From Trichoplax adhaerens (Eukaryota > Animalia > Placozoa): a DNA stretch of 64,000 nucleotides. The DNA lies in the NCBI RefSeq assembly GCF_000150275.1, contig NW_002060944.1:5336123-5400122 (forward strand), in the 5' to 3' direction. Numbering within the stretch: the first letter of the stretch is position 1; each line of letters starts with the position of its first letter. Positions 1 through 14,222 of the stretch are shown piece by piece. Below the pieces are notes generated by a model. The model was not told the origin of the DNA. It worked only from the letters and a program-made list of their open reading frames with translations, and did no database searches. Made by a program: the position numbers and the translations under genes.

Positions 1-74
1 TTAAAAATCTATAGTTCTCAAATTCAATACTGCAATGATTAAGTTACTGAATGTTTTTTACTATCATATCCTAG

Positions 75-3000
75 TGCCTATTTGCGACGGAAACTTTTGC
101 TATGGGGGTCAATATGCCCGCTAAGTGCGTTATATTTGACACAATATCTAAGCATGACGGCAATAGTCGTCGACGCCTGCATCCTGGTGAATATATTCAA
201 ATGGCAGGAAGAGCAGGCCGAAGAGGCAAAGATAAAACCGGAACAGTTATCATGTTATTAAAGGAAGAAATAAATGAGATTGACCTTCGGCAAATGATAA
301 CTGTTAGTGTTACATCCATAAGGAATAAACTGTATTGCTGATAAATTGTGTATCTATATCAACACTTAATAGTGACAATGAGCGTGCATTAATTAATAAT
401 CTCATTTAAAACAACGTAGGGAAAACCGCAAAAATTGCAGTCTAAATTTAGATTAACTTATGGTATGGCACTAAAAGTATTACGAGTAGAGAATCTAGAA
501 GTAGAGGATTTAATGTGGCGTAGTTTTGCGGAATTGCACAAACAAGTCAGAAAATCGACACTAGAAAAACAGTTGTTGCCGTTACAAACTAAATCAAGAT
601 CGGAAAACTTTAGCTGTCCTAATTGTATTAGCAGTATCGATTTATATTGCGAAGTGTTACATGACTATTATCATGCTAATGAATGCTTACAAGTGAGTTT
701 ATAACCATATTTTTAATTGTTGATACTGTATTAAAATGTAGATTTCGGTCAGTAAATTAAATCTTATTTTAGAATCAATGTTAAGATTTTTTTTCTTGGA
801 CAATTAATTATTTTCAAGAAAATCTTATTAACTGAAGCACAATCGAAGATTAAAGGAAGATTCGTTGTAATAAATAATGATAATCACCACAACGCGTTGG
901 GCATTGTTTTAGATACTAAAGTGGACTCGAAACGAAGATCTTTTTACAAGACATTCATTCTAATCAATGAATCTGAAGAAAAATCAACTCTACTGAAACC
1001 GAAAGGTTGCTAAGTTGTCATACTACACGACAGATATTGTATAAACATTTTCAAGTTTTAAGTTACTTTCACAAGATTATTTTGGTAACTAATTACCGAA
1101 GTAAATCTGCATTGCTTACTTCAGAAGGGTCCATTGCCGTTGACTCTAGGCCTGTTGCTGGTACAACAATAATGTTAAGGGTGTTTTGAAACTCTATGTT
1201 TTATTGTATAGGGAGTAGACCTTACTCTAACCAATTATTCATACCATACGGCACGTGTCAATATAAAGTTGAAGATATTGGCGAATCTGATATCGCTGCG
1301 ATATCTAAAAATTCCTCTAAAGTTAAAGTTGATAAAATTATGGTTGAACTTACTGGGTCGAACTTCAAGAAGTATATCTAATTTTACAGCTTTGACAATT
1401 TTATTAAATATTTTCATATGTACGATTAGTATCATTTTTAGATAAGATAGGATAATACGCTATAAAATTACATGCATTTGTCTGGTTACGTTATAATTTT
1501 TTCTAATTGTCACAGAAGCATTGACAGCGAAGAGCACATTAGTGCAGCAATGCTGGAATTAAAAAGAGTATCCGAAAATAATTCAGACGGATTGCAAACT
1601 GTACTCTCGTTTAGTGATATCAAAAGATTTGATGCTGAATTTAGAGATATTAAAGCAGTCTATGACGATGCTATAGCTAGAATGAAGTCTTCGAAATGTG
1701 TGAAATGCCCTCATTTTGCCGAACATGTAAATTCTCAATTAACTTTTTGCGTGCACTTATTGCGTATGGTATAAATGATTTCACTATTACTAATAATGCT
1801 TTTGTGATATAGCTTGTCCAGGCTCGAGACCGATTTGTAAGTCGTCAAAGACTCGAAAGGGTAAAATTCGAGTTATCAAAAGAAAATTTAGTATTGCAAG
1901 CCGATTATAAAAATCGTAGAGAGGTAAAGATGATAACCGACATTTGCCTAATACAACTTTAATTGGATTGTTCATAGTTGATAAATAACGATAAAGTTAT
2001 CCAAGTTACAGTTTACAATATTGGCCTTAAGTGAATATCGTACTGCTATTGTTAATTACTTCAAAATAGCGAAACTGATTGCAATTTTGAAACCAACCTT
2101 AACCGAGGTATTTCTTTAATTGGCTTTTTGCTAAAGCTGTTACAATGCTTAGGGTACATTGATGAAAGGGGTGTTGTGCAATTAAAAGGACGAGTGGCTT
2201 GTGAAATTAATAATTGTGAATTGCTTATTACGGAGTTAGTTTTCGATAATATCTTAAATCCTATGGCACCAGAAGAGATTGCAGCTTTGCTGTCATGTAT
2301 TGTATTTCAACAGGTATACTATTAAATCGGATGTAGAACTTAAATAACGTATTCTGTATTACCTGATAATGCTAAATTTTGATATTTTATTGTGATATTT
2401 TTAACGCAGAAAAATTATAGCCCACCGGAGTTAACGAAAGGATTACTTAATGTACTGAAACTTCAATGCGAATTTTTATTTTTTGACATATATTTTTATT
2501 AGTACCTACTTACGTATTACTACCTACTCATATGGCGTTACTTTAGGGAGTGGAAGTCATTAGAGGAAAAGCAAAAGAATTGGATAAACTCGAAGCCGAA
2601 TATAACATAGATATTTATGAAAAGTATGAAGACATGATTAATTTCGGTCTTGTAGAAGTAGTGCATGACTGGGCTAAAGGAGAGGTAAATATTGACCAGC
2701 ACACGTCTAGATAGGTTTTATTCACGTATTTCAAATATGGTTGTAATGGTTAGTGAATAATTGATGATCTGGACTGTTCTATTATTTCAGCCATTCGCGA
2801 AAATCATGACCTTAACGGATGTATCAGAAGGTAACAATTGCAAAGAATTTGAAAATGTGGATAGAACTACATAAATTTATATAGATGTTGTCTTAAAGTG
2901 TGCCGTTTTATTTCTTTACTGCTACTTCAATTGAGAATAATTTACGGCTTCTTAGGTGTCATAGTGCGATGTATACAACGCTTAGACTCAGCATGTATGG

Positions 3001-3116
3001 AGGTAAAAACAGCTGCAAGAATTATTGGCGATCCTGTTTTATTCGATAAAATGATTGAAGCTTCAAGAATGATTAAACGGGATATTTGTTTTACAGCTAG
3101 TTTATACATCAAATAA
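75..3116 (+). CDS. SKIV2L: Ski2-like RNA helicase (SKI complex helicase), 3' portion, multi-exon; the 5' part lies outside the window
   Basis: Spliced exons encode [19 protein letters not shown]...[16 protein letters not shown] (helicase motifs V/VI), [18 protein letters not shown]...[37 protein letters not shown] and the C-terminal DSHCT motif [13 protein letters not shown] (stop at 3116). KHDG/PGEY/MAGRAG fit SKIV2L better than MTR4 (KFDG/SGEY/MSGRAG). Introns are GT-AG. Confidence 0.93.
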
Positions 3117-3664
3117 TCTATTAATTATTGGGTTATGTGGCATGTAAAATAGATATCGATAAGAATATGTATATATACGTGTATTGTTGATACATCACTA
3201 GTTTTCAGTTACAACTGATTGAACATGTAACGCATTTTTTGAAATTGTACAGTCAAAGAAGTGTATACATATATATCAATTTGGAAAATGTATTACGTAA
3301 TTTCTATTAAGTCGATAACAATATGCTGATACAGACTTTAGTTAATATTACAAATAACGGATAACGAATTAATCATTTGGTGGAAGAATGTGAAAACATA
3401 ATCTTGAAGAAATGAAGGTTGGTAATATGGCATACGAACGTAAATGTTCTCATTAAGGCCTTTTAAGATAATTACTTGCAATAATATTGTATCTTTGTGA
3501 TGTAGATCACTGTTAAACAGTAATGTTCCTGTATGTATATAAATGTACACATTATATATATATCTATATTATGTATCCTTATCATAAAATTGTAATGTTT
3601 TGATTAAATTGACTGATTGTATCATTATCAGCAGCAGTTACATATCCATAGAACTAAGGTCAAG

Positions 3665-6600
3665 TTAGTATGTAATTTTACGTTTACATAACTTTCTATA
3701 TTTCCCACGTGTACAGAAATACCAGTACATGTAGAAAATGATAACGCCTGCGGTAAGATACATGATGATGCAAAATGATATATCCACTGTATTCATTAAA
3801 CTAACATCCCAGCCCATTTGGATAACACCACTTCCACTTGGTGCTCGAACGTAATTTACATGTAGCGGTAATTCCGCACCATTTTCGTTGTATTCAATAT
3901 CGGAGTAAAATTTTTGCAAAAATTTCAAAACATTATCTTTATTCCATTTGATGGTACTGTCGTTGTAAGACTGTGATGGCAATCGGCATGTAGGACATAA
4001 ATATAAAGGTGGAAACTGAACTTTAGGAAATTCAGGATCGGTACTTTTGTCGTCCTTTAATCTTGAATTGGCTTTATTATGAGCTCTCCATAGCCACAAT
4101 ACAGCATCGTCATTGCTTTTAACTGTTGAACTGATTGTGGCAGCTTCTTTCAAAAAGTGATAACGACATTTCTGACAGCTAAAAAAGTATTGTACAAAAT
4201 TGCGGACACCATATAGTATTTTCCGGCGATCCATTGCCATCCCGAAATTGCTTTGGCAATTCTGCGTCATTAAGGTATGAAATAAGGTCCATAAGCCGCA
4301 TGGATAGCCACGCAAGTGCGAATGACTACCCATACATTTAGACCAAACTATTTTCTTTGGTAAACTAGCATTCTTAAAGCGCAAATAATCGTAGCATTAC
4401 ATATATGTGTATGTACAGAAACATTAAACAGTAATACTGATATTTTTTCCTCTACATCGTAGTAAATTGTAATATACAGTACCACAATCATTAAACAGTT
4501 TGATCTTACCATACTGTCAATAAAAGTTGTAATTTGTTCAGTAGAAATTTGATTAAGGTATTCTCTTTTATTCATCCATTTGTAAAGCAGCTGAAGAAAT
4601 TTCATTCGTCGTGGAGAACCAGGATAACACTATAATATCAATATTGGCAAAAATAAAATTTAACTGATGAACGATCTCTATAAAATCTATAAAATAGATA
4701 TAAATTTTCAGACTGATAAACAGGTATTAAGCTACCTTAGATAGTATCATGACAAAGTTTCTTAACGCTAACGTTTCATTTTTATTCAGTGTCGATTTTA
4801 AACACAGCTCTCGTCGAAATGCAAAAGTTATAGCTGAGTCTAAATCAATGATATTGACCCTATAAGTGGAAATCATAGAAAAAACATCATTACTCCCTAT
4901 CTTTATTAGAGTGGTTGCTATGAATTTTTTTGTGCTATTATCGCTATCTTTTACAACTACGGTATGAGTATGTAGTAGTTTCATAGTTACTTTTTAAATT
5001 GTCGATGATGTACAGAAATACCCTACGTAAATTTATGATCTTGTACACACTAATAGCAAGAAAGAGGCTATGCATACATGAATATATGTAATAGCCTACT
5101 TAGGTCTCGCTTTGGCAAAGCTATTATATAACTAATCCAGGATCGCTGAACTTTTAGGGTGAAAGTGGAGGTATATTAAAAAAGTGCAATAAGGTCACTC
5201 TTTAGATAACATTAAGTATTTCATACTTGGCGGCAACGGATGGCAAATGATGATTGTGTAGGTCTGTTTTCTTCTGATTCGTAGAATTAAGTTTAAATGA
5301 CGATATAAGACCCATATTTTTAAATGATTTTACGTATAATTTTCGAGATGAGTTCGACCTAGAACGTGTATACACAGAATTAGCTTATCATCATAATGAT
5401 AATATAATCACTTGAACAGCTTTAGATAAATGCTTTTGATGTATGATGCCTTATAATTACTCTTACTTTACAGCAATCTTGACAATCTTGCTATTACGAT
5501 GCAAGAAATAGACAGATGGATAGCTAGTGACATGAAATTTCGCGCTTAACAATTTCTGCAAGGAATATAAAATACAATAAGCAATTAAGTAATTATGACG
5601 ATGAATAAACTTACGTATGTCGATTAGAACCTAGAGTATTATTTTTATAAACGACTACAAATTGAATTACTTTATTTCGATCTACTCGAAAAACGATCAT
5701 TTCTTTATTGCTTGTTAAGTCTAGAGCCAGCTAGAGGTAAAAAAAAACACGTGCTTTAGTAACAAACTTATTGAGTATATTGTGGCAATTGGTTCTGCAG
5801 TGTAAAGTAACGATGTTAACAACCTCACGGCCTAAGTAAGAATGAGAATCTTCAAATATAACAATGGCAGCATGATGGATAGGTAACATATTGGATAAAA
5901 GAGCACGAAAATGCTCAAATCTGTTCATCAAAATGAGAAGATACATGAAGATAAATAAAGACTCATACACTATATATAAATACTTGATTATTACTCTATC
6001 TTAGAAATATCAACCATCATAAGTTTCATGGCATAAAACTATAGAATAAATCATAAATGGTATTTTATGATTTACACTATGGCAATAAAATGTAAATAAA
6101 GTATTCATTTAATTTCTATTACTTGACAAAATGTAACCAGGGCAAATTACGGTTCCAATGCTGTTTAATGATATGGTCCACCATTGCTGTCCTCATGTCT
6201 TGAATGTTTTTTTCTCCTAATAGATTCATATCGAGAGTTTAGAAATATACAACACACTTGATTATTGCGATGCTAAAGTACTGTCATGATGAAGTGGGTA
6301 ATCAACATCGGGTTAAATAAAAACATTCATAGTATAATTTTCTGTCGAAGTGTTTTATGGGTTAATAGTGAGGTGAGAATACAAAAAATATTGAGAAAAG
6401 CAATACGGCCTACGGTAGTAAGGATTAGCTGCAATGAGGCTATCGCTAAGGAAATACAGTCATGCTTTTCGATCTTCTACTTAGTATTTACTTGCTGGAC
6501 ATGTAAGTTTATGCTATGTACAACTGCATTCTTTACGGTACGTACATTTTTAGATGGACCAGCATTTTATTTTAAAATATAAAGTCCATACTCCTTCAAT

Positions 6601-9230
6601 ATTGATGCGTTAATATACATATAAATGATTATGTATAATAATCAACTTTACTTCGAAAGACTGGGGATATAATGAGAAAGCAATTTTACACGGGATGCAG
6701 AGAACTCTTTTTCATTCATAAATAAATATTATTATTGCAAAATAATCAGGAATTATGGGTATGCAAGTAATAAGTACTCAATGTTGGAAAAGGTAAAGTC
6801 AGGTCTGCAAATAGTTGACATACAAACTAAAGTACAGTCGACCGCATTCCAACAAAGGATTAGAGATCAAAAGAACAGCATATATTTATGTCGTCACAAA
6901 TAACCATGACATTCTGTATATGGAAACATCTATAAAGACACGAAAGCTAATCATAAACTACACAAATGAATATTAAATTTAATTCGTTACCGTCATAAAC
7001 AATTGCGGTTTTGGACAAATCGGAGGACATGAGATTGACCAGCTATAACAGTAAATGATAAGAAATATACGTATTCTAAAAGTTAATGATTTTTTCATAT
7101 GTACTACAAAAGCAAAGTACTCTACAAATCATATAAGTATCTCAAAGTAGAGGATATATTGGTTTTTGAATTTATAATTAATTAATTTATACGAACAATG
7201 ATAAGATACAGAAGTCTACCGGATGGAAAAGCAAATTAAAATAACTGAATCCCGTTGAAACTGCGATATTAATTAATTATATCTGACCTTAAACGTTGGA
7301 AAAGCATCAACATGATGACGACGACAAACAGGAACATTTCTAACATCGGAACAATCGACAGCTGCTAGAGCAATAACTGATTTCCAACCTTGACAATAAG
7401 ATATTAAAAGAGATCAAATGTTAGAAAAATTTTGAGGCCGTAATTTGGCAGTTATTTACACAGTCATTGCCGTCCATTGTATGTCGATTACTATAACTCA
7501 GTCACTAGCTACTGCAGAAATGAAATTTCCCAATGCTGTATCAATGAAGCATTTGAAATTATATAGGGTATATCGAGTTTAAGGATAAAGAATAGCCTAG
7601 GTGATTGATTATAGATGGAGGAATAATTGCATAATATACAATGTATATTCTACCACGCTACTGTACTCTATTGTTTATTAAACCTCATCCTAATACTACT
7701 GTACTATTAAAGGGATTGCATTCATCATCAACATGTTACAATTTCAAATTAACCACATTGTATACTGTATGTATGAAAATTTAAAGTCCGGTGATTTGAA
7801 AGGTATAATCACGATTATAAGGAATCGAACAGTCCTAGGATATAGTTTTGAAGATTACAACAATAATTTGCAGGTTTACGCGTACCATCGCTAACGTATC
7901 GAGAAAGTGCTAAAAATTTACTTCCGATACTATCTCAGACTCAGATTACGAGTATGTAAAATTCTTTGAATTAATTATCGATTCGATGCAAAGCCGATGT
8001 AAGGTATCGTCCATTGCTGACTAGAAGATTAGAAAGATTTTACAATCTTGTGTCTGTTATCGTATCTACTAAAATTTAGTGGCAATTACTCAGAAATTTT
8101 CAATTGTTGTAACCTTTATGTTACTCGATTACGCATTCGGTATCGGTTGTTTAATATGTTCGTACAGCTGCTGTACTGCAGGCAGAAAGTCAAACTGTGG
8201 CTTCCTTGATTACAGTATATACTTATATTAATTATTGGTGTCTGCGTTTCGATGTTGTTCACGATAAGCAGTAGAGTCAATATCATAACTTTCCCACTAC
8301 TATAAATGTTATTACTTCCATCGTTTGATAAAAGTGAGACTACATCTTTCGTATTCGATTATCAAAATTTAAAAAATTAAGCAATCAACATTAAAAAATA
8401 AGGAATTGAATCGATTTTGTACCACCGCCATTACATCTCGTGTCGTTTATAATGACACGTATGAAATTGTTAAGTGTTGTCAAGGATAAGAATAGAAAGG
8501 TAGAGTATTTCAAAACATATTCATCAACAGTCCAATATAATACCGCTGGTGTTAGAAATAGAAATTAAAATGTAGTTTGCTCGGTTTGATATCAAAACGT
8601 ATGCGTATAAGAACAGAGTCGATATGTCGATACCAATGCATTGAATGATAGGAATTAATCCAATACTGTACTAGCAGAGATATTACTACATGGACCGTGA
8701 CACTACCATTGAATCTGATTAATTTTTCCTACAGTACAGTATATATCATTGCGTTAAGACGAGAATTTCAAGTTCTCTTTTGTTGGATGAATGTTGGATT
8801 AAACAGTATATTTACTGAATTCTCATCCTCTCCTATAATTTCACATTGCTAAAAATATGGATAGATAGAAATTTGTGGAAAAGAATTGGCTGGGCTTGAT
8901 TTCTTACTACCGGTACCCGTTGTACAGTACTGTAGAGTGTCACGTATTGTTTCTATCATCAACAAACATCATTCCTATCCTACCTGCAACATCTTCACCT
9001 AAACGAATATAAGTTGGTGCAAAACTTTGGCAATGGCCACACCAAGAAGAATAAAATTGTACCAGCCAGCATCGATTACTTCTGACCAAGTAGCGATCGA
9101 GTGTATCATTGTTTAACGACTGAATATTAGTAATGCCTTCATATAATTCAGCTTTACAATTTAGCCCTAACCAAGGCAAAACAAGGATGAGAATGGTGGC
9201 GAAAAAATACAAATAACGATAGCTAGCCAT
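3665..9230 (-). CDS. QSOX: Quiescin sulfhydryl oxidase (thioredoxin + Erv/ALR domains, C-terminal TM), multi-exon
   Basis: Exon 1 (9230-~8983) has a signal peptide and the Trx motif WLVQFYSSWCGHCQSFAP. The next exon encodes AAVDC...VCRRHHVDAFPTFK. The last exon has WSKCMGS...RGYPCGLWTLFHTL, FFSCQKCRYHF (Erv CxxC), VLWLWRAHNKANSRL...DPEFPKVQFP...CPTC and a C-terminal hydrophobic helix. Confidence 0.95.
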
Positions 9231-10071
9231 TCAGGAATGTATCTAAGGCTTTTCCTTCATTACTGGGTATTTAAACCACAATTAATCAATGACCCCGCCA
9301 CCAATGGCAATGTTACTGTTGGCAGAGAAAGAAATGAGCAACCAAGACGAGAAAAGACGAAGGTCAATTGACCAAGTTGTAATGGCAGATTTTCTCTCCT
9401 TTTGATAACCCTTTCAATTAAGACAGCCAATCTCTACCAATAATCTGTGTCGTTAAGTCTTACCCTCAAAGAAAATATACAGTAAAATAGGCAATAATGT
9501 CTTGGAGGAGAATTGACTAAGTCAATCAACAAGGTAAGAGGCAAAAAAAAGTAAACTCAATTCTTATGGATTAGGAAGCCAGATTTTAATTATCCTCTCT
9601 GCTGGCTGTGAAGAGAAGAGTGAGTGAGAATTGAAGTACTGGAGCATAGAGATGAAACGAAAGTCTTGATATACAGTACTGTACCGTCACGTTTACTTGT
9701 CTGCCTGTACTGTAGATTATACTCTACGGGTGTTTTGGCTACAGTCGTTCATACGGTAGGCAGTTGAAGTGAGACCTAAGTACAGTACTGTACCTATACA
9801 GTAACAGTACTGTTACAGTACAGTATAAGTTCAAATTATCCTATAGTAATCCTGGTATTAGATCGTCAGAACGGATGGCAGCCAGGACGACTTGAGTCTG
9901 ACTGTCTCAGAGTGACACTAGCACTGAGTAGCACAGTGACAGGTTGAGACGAAGAATTGCTTTTGCGCGGACGCAGTACAGGGAGTACAGTACAGCACAC
10001 CACCAATTTTTGCTAGCAGTACAGTACAGTGTACTCTACAGTACACTCAGCGAAATCCATATGAAGTCCCG

Positions 10072-10165
10072 TTCACGTGAAGTTTGCAACACTTCACCTT
10101 CAAGTGAAGTGAAGTTTGCAACACTTCACCTTCACGTGAAGTGAAGTTTCAAATTCCAACTTCAC
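10072..10165. repeat. ~2.8 copies of a 32-bp self-complementary unit with TTCACGTGAA palindromes
   Basis: Unit GTGAAGTTTGCAACACTTCACCTTCA(A/C)GTGAA at 10077 and 10109, with a degenerate third copy at 10141. TTCACGTGAA at 10072-10081 and 10131-10140. Confidence 0.85.
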
Positions 10166-13100
10166 ACGTTCCCTAGTTGAGACTAGTTGAGACAGTCAGA
10201 CCTCCAATATCGATCTCTCCATTTTTCTCTCTCTCGAAAGCTGTTCAAATCTTCATTTTTTCAAAGTATCTCCCAAATGGGGATCTTGAATGATTGTATT
10301 CAGCTCCAGTGTTTCCTAATATTACAGTACTGTACAATCATCATACTCAATAGCGTTGCGTAAGAATTTTTCCATTTCACTGTACATTGAACCAGTACTC
10401 CATACAATCCTATTCACTACTACAAGATACTACAATTAGTATCGCTTCGACATCGTACGAGTGACGCTAACCGCGAGACTGTTCTAGATATTAGTACCGT
10501 ACCGTATCGAAGGAGACAAAAGAAGAAGACTGACGTTTTAATCATGCTGATAACGGACGTATCCGACAATGTTCTATACTTTGTATAGGTATTGACATAG
10601 TGAGTCAGTAGTATAACTATAAAATCCTCCCGTTTTCAAGACCATAGTACTACTGGCATGGTACTGTACGGTCTGTACCATCGTATCGACTTCTGGACTG
10701 GAGTACTGTGTTGAAAGAGCAAGTGAGTTCACAGTCGTCACCATAGAGATACGTAGTACCTGTCTAACCACCGCTGTAGCCCGATCGCAGTAGCAAATAA
10801 TCATTAGTTAAATTATGGCAAAACATTGCCTAACGAACAAGGATGAAACTGACCGTTGTAGAATATATAATTATTATAGCAACTACATCAAGAAGAGAGT
10901 GATAAAGCCGATTTCTATACAGTATACAAAATCATAGGGATAATGCGGATATCGTCTAAGGAATCAAATACAAACTTGACTGGATATACGAAACCCTCTG
11001 GAGGCCTACATAATACCAAATTGGCCCCCTAATTCCTATATTTAATACCTGATATCTCCAAAAATGTATGGACCTTCATCGTAGAATGGATTAGCAAATT
11101 TCCCGTATCAAAATAATTACGGTAGCTTCTCCCTGAGGAATAATTATGATAGATAATAAGTTGTCATTGACATACAAGAGGCCTACAAGTTAGTTTTTAC
11201 AGTAAGTGATGAATTAGAATGGAGTTGATTCGCCCCCTACGATATACAGTACTACTGTATATCACTGCTTTGCCAAAGTTTTATTTGCAGGCTACAGCCT
11301 GGCTTCTATGGTACTGGATAAGCATTAAGAGCTCACTTAACAGGCGAAACATAGCTAAACTATCGAGGGAATAATGCCAACGGCTAAGGACCACATTAAA
11401 TCATATCCAATTGAATCTTGAACGTAGTAGCAGTCAGGCACCCATTCGCGATTTACCAACTATATACTGTACAGGCAAATACATCAATGGATAGAGACCT
11501 AATACTGAATACTAATTGAGTGGAAGTACTCCACATGCAATATGCATGAATTAAACACGTTGCTAACGTAAAGAATCAGTAACTGCTTTGAATGCTATTA
11601 CTGGAATATAAACCCCCAAATACACTAAACGTTCTCCAGATAGGAAGTTTCCTAGAATTATCTTAATTCAATGTCGAACTGTATCAAGCTACATTAAATA
11701 AATAAATTAACACAAAGAATAATATAATGATGTAATATATATCTCCTATCTACAAGTACTACATGTGGAGATTCATTTTATTGTTATAGCACAATATTAC
11801 ATTATATTCTATACGATTGTGTCACAATATTGCTGTTGGCAATAAGTGTATACAAGTAGGAGGCATATCATTTACTGTAAACATAAAAGCGCAAAGCACT
11901 AATTAATTGATTGTCGTGTTTTACTATATTTTCTACACTTTGATTTGCTAAATGCAATCAGAGAAACAGTTTAATCTCAATTACAATAGTATAACATAGA
12001 TATGATAACATACATAATAAAATATGAATAGATTACCCAATTTATACATACAATCATCACGTACTCAGCTTAATAACTGAATAAACTGCCGGTAGCAGAT
12101 CTTTATGCTGCATCATCACGTTGGAGGATATTGATAATCAAAAAATACCACTAGATTTACAAGCACTGTTAATCCTTAACATGTACGGATATAACTATCA
12201 CTATCGTATATATCCTGTACAGTATACGAGTATACGCGTATTCAAATTTGGATCATTATTGATGTCGACGTAATCATCATCAGCGACTCCAGTAGATCTA
12301 GCTACAACGTGCGGCACAGTAATCTTTCTATGCAGATAATTACTGATATCTTAATGCAATAAAATTCACTTTATAATTATACTATATATTACTACTACTC
12401 ATCATGCTCACTCACACAATCATCCCTTATACAGTAGAATTTGATGAACTGCGTAAATCATCTATATGAATGGTTATATCATCGTTTACAGAACTCATGT
12501 AATTATGCATGTGTATACTTATAGAAAAACACTATTGACATAAAAGCGACAGATTAGCATGGTTATAGATTTAATCATCTCCTACAATGTAGAATTTAAT
12601 AAGCTATATATATCTGTATAATCGTATTACTACTTAAAGTATACGTATACACGCTATATCATATATCAGCAAAAAAGTTTATTATATTTAAGGATGCAGT
12701 CATTTATTGCCCCTGCACAGGATGATTGGAAGAGAACCGGCATCACTATGCATGCCTGTATCATGAGGTAAAATAGCAACCATATGTCATTAAAGCATAT
12801 ATATATCCTAACCCGTATATATACAAAGTATTATACATGTTATATCGTCTATCAAAAGAGGATCATTGCTTTTTATGGATGTAATCATATCCATCGCCTA
12901 AACGGCATGATTAAACGATTTACGAAACGTATCTTTTCATAATTTCTCAAGACATTTCTTACAAATCATACATCGCAAAGTAGACCAATAGTAGATTAAC
13001 AATGATTTTAGGATACATCTTTTCTTGTGTAATATAAATTTGATTTTGTACAGTATTCATCCAATTTATTGGCACTATGGCCAATAGCGTAAATTAATAT

Positions 13101-14222
13101 AAGCCCTATATTCTATTCTCATTTGCAACTAATCATTGCATTTATTCAATGTAATTATATCCTTAACATCATAATTTGGTGAATAATTGCATCAAGTTAA
13201 TATATAAATATATAGTTACATCATTATCTACAATATAACATACTGTTTGTTCAAGTTTATAGATCATCCTATTGACAAATTTTAGCATGTCTGGTGAGAA
13301 TATAAATACAGTACCCAAACTCCTTGTGACCATTTAATGACCTGGATCGGCAATAAATTTGTCCTATTCATGTATCATCACTTCTACAACAAACTAAATC
13401 ATCTACGCACTTGATATTATAGATTATATTACTCATATAAGTGAGATTAATTGCAAGATAGGATAATTTGATTGCCTAATCTCGTCGAAAATTTAATGGT
13501 ATCATTAAAGACATCACGGTCTGAGAAATTTATATGTACGCTAGATAATCCAGATTGGTGGCAGCAGATTATCCAATTTTACGCTTTTGCCAACTCTGTA
13601 CCGATACAATTACAGTTTAAAAAGTACAGTATATAAGCACCGATATATAAATGATCATGCTAATCGATATCGTCGCTTCTCCTACAGACTAATTTGACAA
13701 ATAAACCTCGTTAAGCATTCTATAGTGCTGATGTAAATATCCATATTAACATGGATCCACACCCTATATTATATACTAACAATAGATCAGCCTGTCTAAT
13801 TACCTATGGATAGAAATACCCTTTATACAGTAGAAAAGAATAAGCAAATTAACGTGATAGACCATTCAATGGCATCGATACAAATGTCTGTATGCTGATG
13901 GAAACCAATGCTAAATCCTAGTCAAACCTATTATCATCAATAGTACATCTTCTATTTTAGTAGATAGTATCATCGTCTGTTGTCCTACCATTTGATATAC
14001 TCATAGGATCAACCTAATTAAATTCAAATAGAAATATCGACGACTACTGACCCATCGCTTTTCAATCATTTAGTTAGTGGCGGATAGCAGATTACTAAAA
14101 CTTATCCACTAATTAATACATCGAATTGCTATCCACGCATAACCTAGTTTAGGTGTGCTATATGATATTAATTTCTATAGTTTTTGGATAACGTTGTTCT
14201 ACTTGGTAAGACTTTAACCATC

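Noticed and set aside
2095-2104. U12-like branch point AACCTTAAC in a SKIV2L intron
   Set aside because: The donor is GTAAAG (U2-type), so this is probably chance.
102-3116. Assignment as MTR4/SKIV2L2
   Set aside because: KHDG, PGEY and QMAGRAG match the Ski2/SKIV2L subfamily.
3116-3665. Convergent SKIV2L/QSOX 3' ends as an antisense regulatory pair
   Set aside because: A ~550-bp gap between stops is ordinary for a compact genome, and there is no evidence of overlap.
10072-10165. CRISPR-like array of palindromic ~32-bp repeats
   Set aside because: Units are contiguous with no unique spacers, the context is eukaryotic, and there are no cas genes.
9944-10804. ORFs 9944-10144 (+) and 10574-10804 (-)
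   Set aside because: They are translations of TACAGTA-rich and 32-bp repeat sequence with no coding signature.
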